A DNA stretch of 61,249 nt from Myxococcota bacterium (GTDB taxonomy: Bacteria; Myxococcota; XYA12-FULL-58-9; JABJBS01): positions 1 through 61,249 of the forward strand of contig JAYZAY010000004.1 of NCBI GenBank assembly GCA_036339465.1, written 5' to 3'. The notes under the pieces were generated by a model. It was not told where the DNA came from, ran no database searches, and saw nothing but the letters and a program-made list of their open reading frames with translations. Every line of letters begins with the position of its first letter. Position 1 is the stretch's first letter. The position numbers and the translations under genes were made by a program. This document shows, piece after piece, positions 58,421 to 61,249 of the stretch.

Positions 58421-59803
58421 ATGCATATCGCCCCATCTGTCAATCCGCAGCAGCAGCAATCGAAGCTTCAATCCGAAACTTCAAGGGTTGCACAGTCAGA
58501 GAAGGGGGGAAAAGCGCTCGACAGGATCAGCCCGGTTGCTAACACAGGGAACGCGACACCTGTTTCAGCGGCGCCATTTTTCTCTCCTTCTGTGGATCTT
58601 ATGCCGACTCCTCGTTTGAAGATGGAAAGTGAAGAATTCGCAGCCAAAACGAAAGAGGCACCCGCCTCGCATGTGGTAACAACCACAGCCGTTAGAGATG
58701 TACTCAGGAATTTGCCCGCATTTTCAAGAGAGGCAGCCGATGCCGTCGTGAAACTATGGACCGATGGTCGTTACCTCAATGACGGTGAAGCGCCCATGGG
58801 GAAAATCAGCGAGACTCAAATGAGGCAGGCTCAGGCCATCGTTTACAAGGAGATGAGTGCTTTTATTGATAGTTTTGGTGATTACGCGCCCATCCAGGAA
58901 GTAGACGCTGAAACCCAAGCTGCGTTGGTCGAAGCGGGTCTCTGTTCTGCACAACAAGCGCCTACCTTTCTCAATGCCAACAGCAATTCTGATTGGTCGA
59001 ATCTAGCGAAACCATCGGGAAAGATCCGAGGCCGGCTCATTGAATTATTTGGCTATGAGCCCAACGATGCTCTAAGGGGCAAAGCTAAGCATACCCTTAT
59101 AGGGCACTTTGTAAGGGTATTATTTGAAACCAAGCGCGATGATAATGTGGGAGCAGTGGTTTTAAAGGGGTATGAGAAGCCAGTTGTTCTATTTCGTTCC
59201 GGCACGTTGGTGGGTAGCGATACGCCAAAGAGTAGCTTGAAGAACCTTATCAATAAAGGAAATGTATCGAATGTGGTGAATCTCTATGCCGGTCATTTTC
59301 CATTACACGACCTCATTGCACAGGAGGCTGAAATTTGTGGCACCATGGACGTGGGGCACCATAATGAAAGACTGGCCAATCCTCCTAGACAATGGCGAAA
59401 ACTCTTAGACGATGAACAAACCTTCGAAGCAAATAAAGAAAAAGCCATGAACATCGTGAGTCATGTCATCAAAGACATTCTGATGCCCCAAAACGAGGTT
59501 CCAAAAGGAAACATCTTGGTCCACTGTGGTGGGGGTATGCACCGTACGGGGATGATTGTGGGAATTATTCGTCGATATTGTAACAATGATTCCATGGAAG
59601 ACATTGTTGCAGATTACAAGCGTCATGTGGCTTGGAGGTCAAAAGACGATCAAGGCGGCTATGAAGACCTGAATATTCGCTTTATCAAAGAGTTCGATCT
59701 ATCGGTGCTTGAGAAGGTTCTCGACCAGGCGGGTGAAGATGCTCCCGATCCGGCTCTCGGTTCTGATGGCCAGGATGAATGGGGCTATTTTTCTGACAAG
59801 TAG
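58421..59803 (+). CDS. Protein tyrosine / dual-specificity phosphatase (CX5R) with a long low-complexity N-terminus
   Basis: LFRSG, VVNL and ILVHCGGGMHRTG active-site loop. Confidence 0.8.
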   Translation: MHIAPSVNPQQQQSKLQSETSRVAQSEKGGKALDRISPVANTGNATPVSAAPFFSPSVDLMPTPRLKMESEEFAAKTKEAPASHVVTTTAVRDVLRNLPAFSREAADAVVKLWTDGRYLNDGEAPMGKISETQMRQAQAIVYKEMSAFIDSFGDYAPIQEVDAETQAALVEAGLCSAQQAPTFLNANSNSDWSNLAKPSGKIRGRLIELFGYEPNDALRGKAKHTLIGHFVRVLFETKRDDNVGAVVLKGYEKPVVLFRSGTLVGSDTPKSSLKNLINKGNVSNVVNLYAGHFPLHDLIAQEAEICGTMDVGHHNERLANPPRQWRKLLDDEQTFEANKEKAMNIVSHVIKDILMPQNEVPKGNILVHCGGGMHRTGMIVGIIRRYCNNDSMEDIVADYKRHVAWRSKDDQGGYEDLNIRFIKEFDLSVLEKVLDQAGEDAPDPALGSDGQDEWGYFSDK

Positions 59804-60297
59804 GTCATTCACTCTTTGTTTGGCCTGAGCTTTACCCTTCCAACCATTTTTCTATCGGATGATTTTATCAAGGCCTTGGTCATGCCTATTAAATGGTCAA
59901 GGCCTATACCTATATTTTCGGATTACTGCGCGACAACGAATAACAATCCTCTGTTCTCCGAGAATTGCCATTTCGAGAAAGTACTTCACTCTTTTTCTGG
60001 CATCTTCGATGGAATCGTCACAGACCACATTGATGTGTTCTAGTGAAAATATGGTCAGAGACACGTCTCCGTAATAGAGAGGATTGTCCCCATCATCCAC
60101 CAGAAAATACTGAATTTCTTGGCCGAGTCTCGTTTTCCTTAGTTGCGCCAGCACGGCTGCCCACACATGGGCTGTGGCCTCTGATTCTCCCGCCGTGGTT
60201 TTCACTATGGTTGCTAACAAAGTTGGTTTCGGATTCGTTTCACGCGGGCCAAGTTCATGCTATGAATTTTTCGGTTAAGCAATGATCGGAAGGAAGT

Positions 60298-60876
60298 GTG
60301 GGAAAGGTAGTGCAATTTAGTAAGTCTGCTAAAATCACCCAGGTATCCAATTTGATAACCCTTGTGGTTGTCGGAGTAGCTTGGGGTTACAATTGGCCTC
60401 AAGAGTTGGCCTTGAGTTATGGGCTGCATAAATTCTTGCATATTACTGGTGTGGTCCTGTTTTTTGGTAATTTGATTGTGGGGCCTTTATGGGTCCTTTT
60501 TGCGTGGTTTCTTGAAGGTGGTCGGCATTTGCGATTTGCGACTCAGGTTTTGTCTAATGCCGACATCTGTTTCACCGTGCCAGGCATACAATTGACTTTG
60601 TGGAATGGGATTTATCTCGCTGCTTCGATGGGGGGTATCAAAAGTCATGGATGGCTGGTGGAGGCGATGGTTTTGTTGATTGTGACTTCACTCTTTTCCG
60701 CTTTTTTGGTGCTTCCTTGGCAGGAACGTCTTGTGGCTTCGACGATGGGAACCGATTTTGCGCTGATGAAGCGATATCTGGTGCGATGGTCGATTTGGGG
60801 GACGGCGGTTCTGGTGCCCATCACGTTGGTGGCTTGGTTGATGGTGGTAAAGCAGCCACTGATCCTTGGGCCCTGA
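60298..60876 (+). CDS. DUF2269-like integral membrane protein
   Basis: KFLHITGVVLFFGN, D..FTVPG, G..LA, WL...M.L and C-terminal WLMVVK; about five TM helices. Confidence 0.75.
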   Translation: MGKVVQFSKSAKITQVSNLITLVVVGVAWGYNWPQELALSYGLHKFLHITGVVLFFGNLIVGPLWVLFAWFLEGGRHLRFATQVLSNADICFTVPGIQLTLWNGIYLAASMGGIKSHGWLVEAMVLLIVTSLFSAFLVLPWQERLVASTMGTDFALMKRYLVRWSIWGTAVLVPITLVAWLMVVKQPLILGP

Positions 60877-61249
60877 GTTTGAATTCACGTATTTTTTAAA
60901 AGCACATACTCGTTGTGCTCTTGCCACAACATCTTTCCGTGTTGTCGGATTTGAGGTGTGAAGGATGTCTTCGGTTAAAGGTGTCAAGAAGGTACTCGGC
61001 CTGAACCTTTATTTTTCGGTGTTCAGTTTTCGCGACAGGCTTCTTCGTTCTTTGGGCTAGGGCCTCATTGGTGGTGGATTCCTCTGTCCTCCTTTTTTTA
61101 TCATAAGGAAGATTATCGGACATAATTATGGGGCCCCTTCTTGGGTGACAATGACTCTTGCCCGGGTTTCAGGATGGGATTCCCTGGAAAACTCGGCCGC
61201 CTCCTGCGGCCTTTGTCTTTGTGTTTCGATATGGCACTCTCGTGTCTTA

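Noticed and set aside
59897..60220. 107-aa minus-strand ORF with protein-like composition
   Set aside because: TTG start without a clear RBS and no recognisable family; may be a remnant but unsupported.

Overview
A ~61 kb, moderate-GC bacterial chromosomal segment that looks like Myxococcota or a related deltaproteobacterium (Myxococcus Cys-rich repeats, thrombospondin-3 repeats, many lipoproteins, a Hanks-type kinase); this taxonomy is inferred from gene content only. No rRNA, tRNA, CRISPR array or intact transposase was seen. 0-16.3 kb holds large surface lipoproteins, three consecutive ones carrying five c-type heme CxxCH motifs at their C-terminal ends. 17.3-21.6 kb is a complete four-gene DUF3348 / DUF802 (MotA-like) / OmpA (MotB-like) / DUF2894 operon matching Zorya type III anti-phage defence, converging on a cNMP-EAL phosphodiesterase. 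Three stand-alone genes (ABC1 kinase, a non-canonical CCA/poly(A)-polymerase-type nucleotidyltransferase with a hydrophobic tail, and a CX5R phosphatase) share low-complexity N-terminal extensions and are candidate secreted effectors. The window also has a sigma54-driven NarK/NRT2 transporter with a structured leader, a polyprenol-phosphate glycosylation cluster with duplicated methyltransferases, and housekeeping genes (prolyl oligopeptidase, class V aminotransferases, amidase, plsC, tsaA, topB, srkA). All family assignments come from motif recognition by eye, not database searches.
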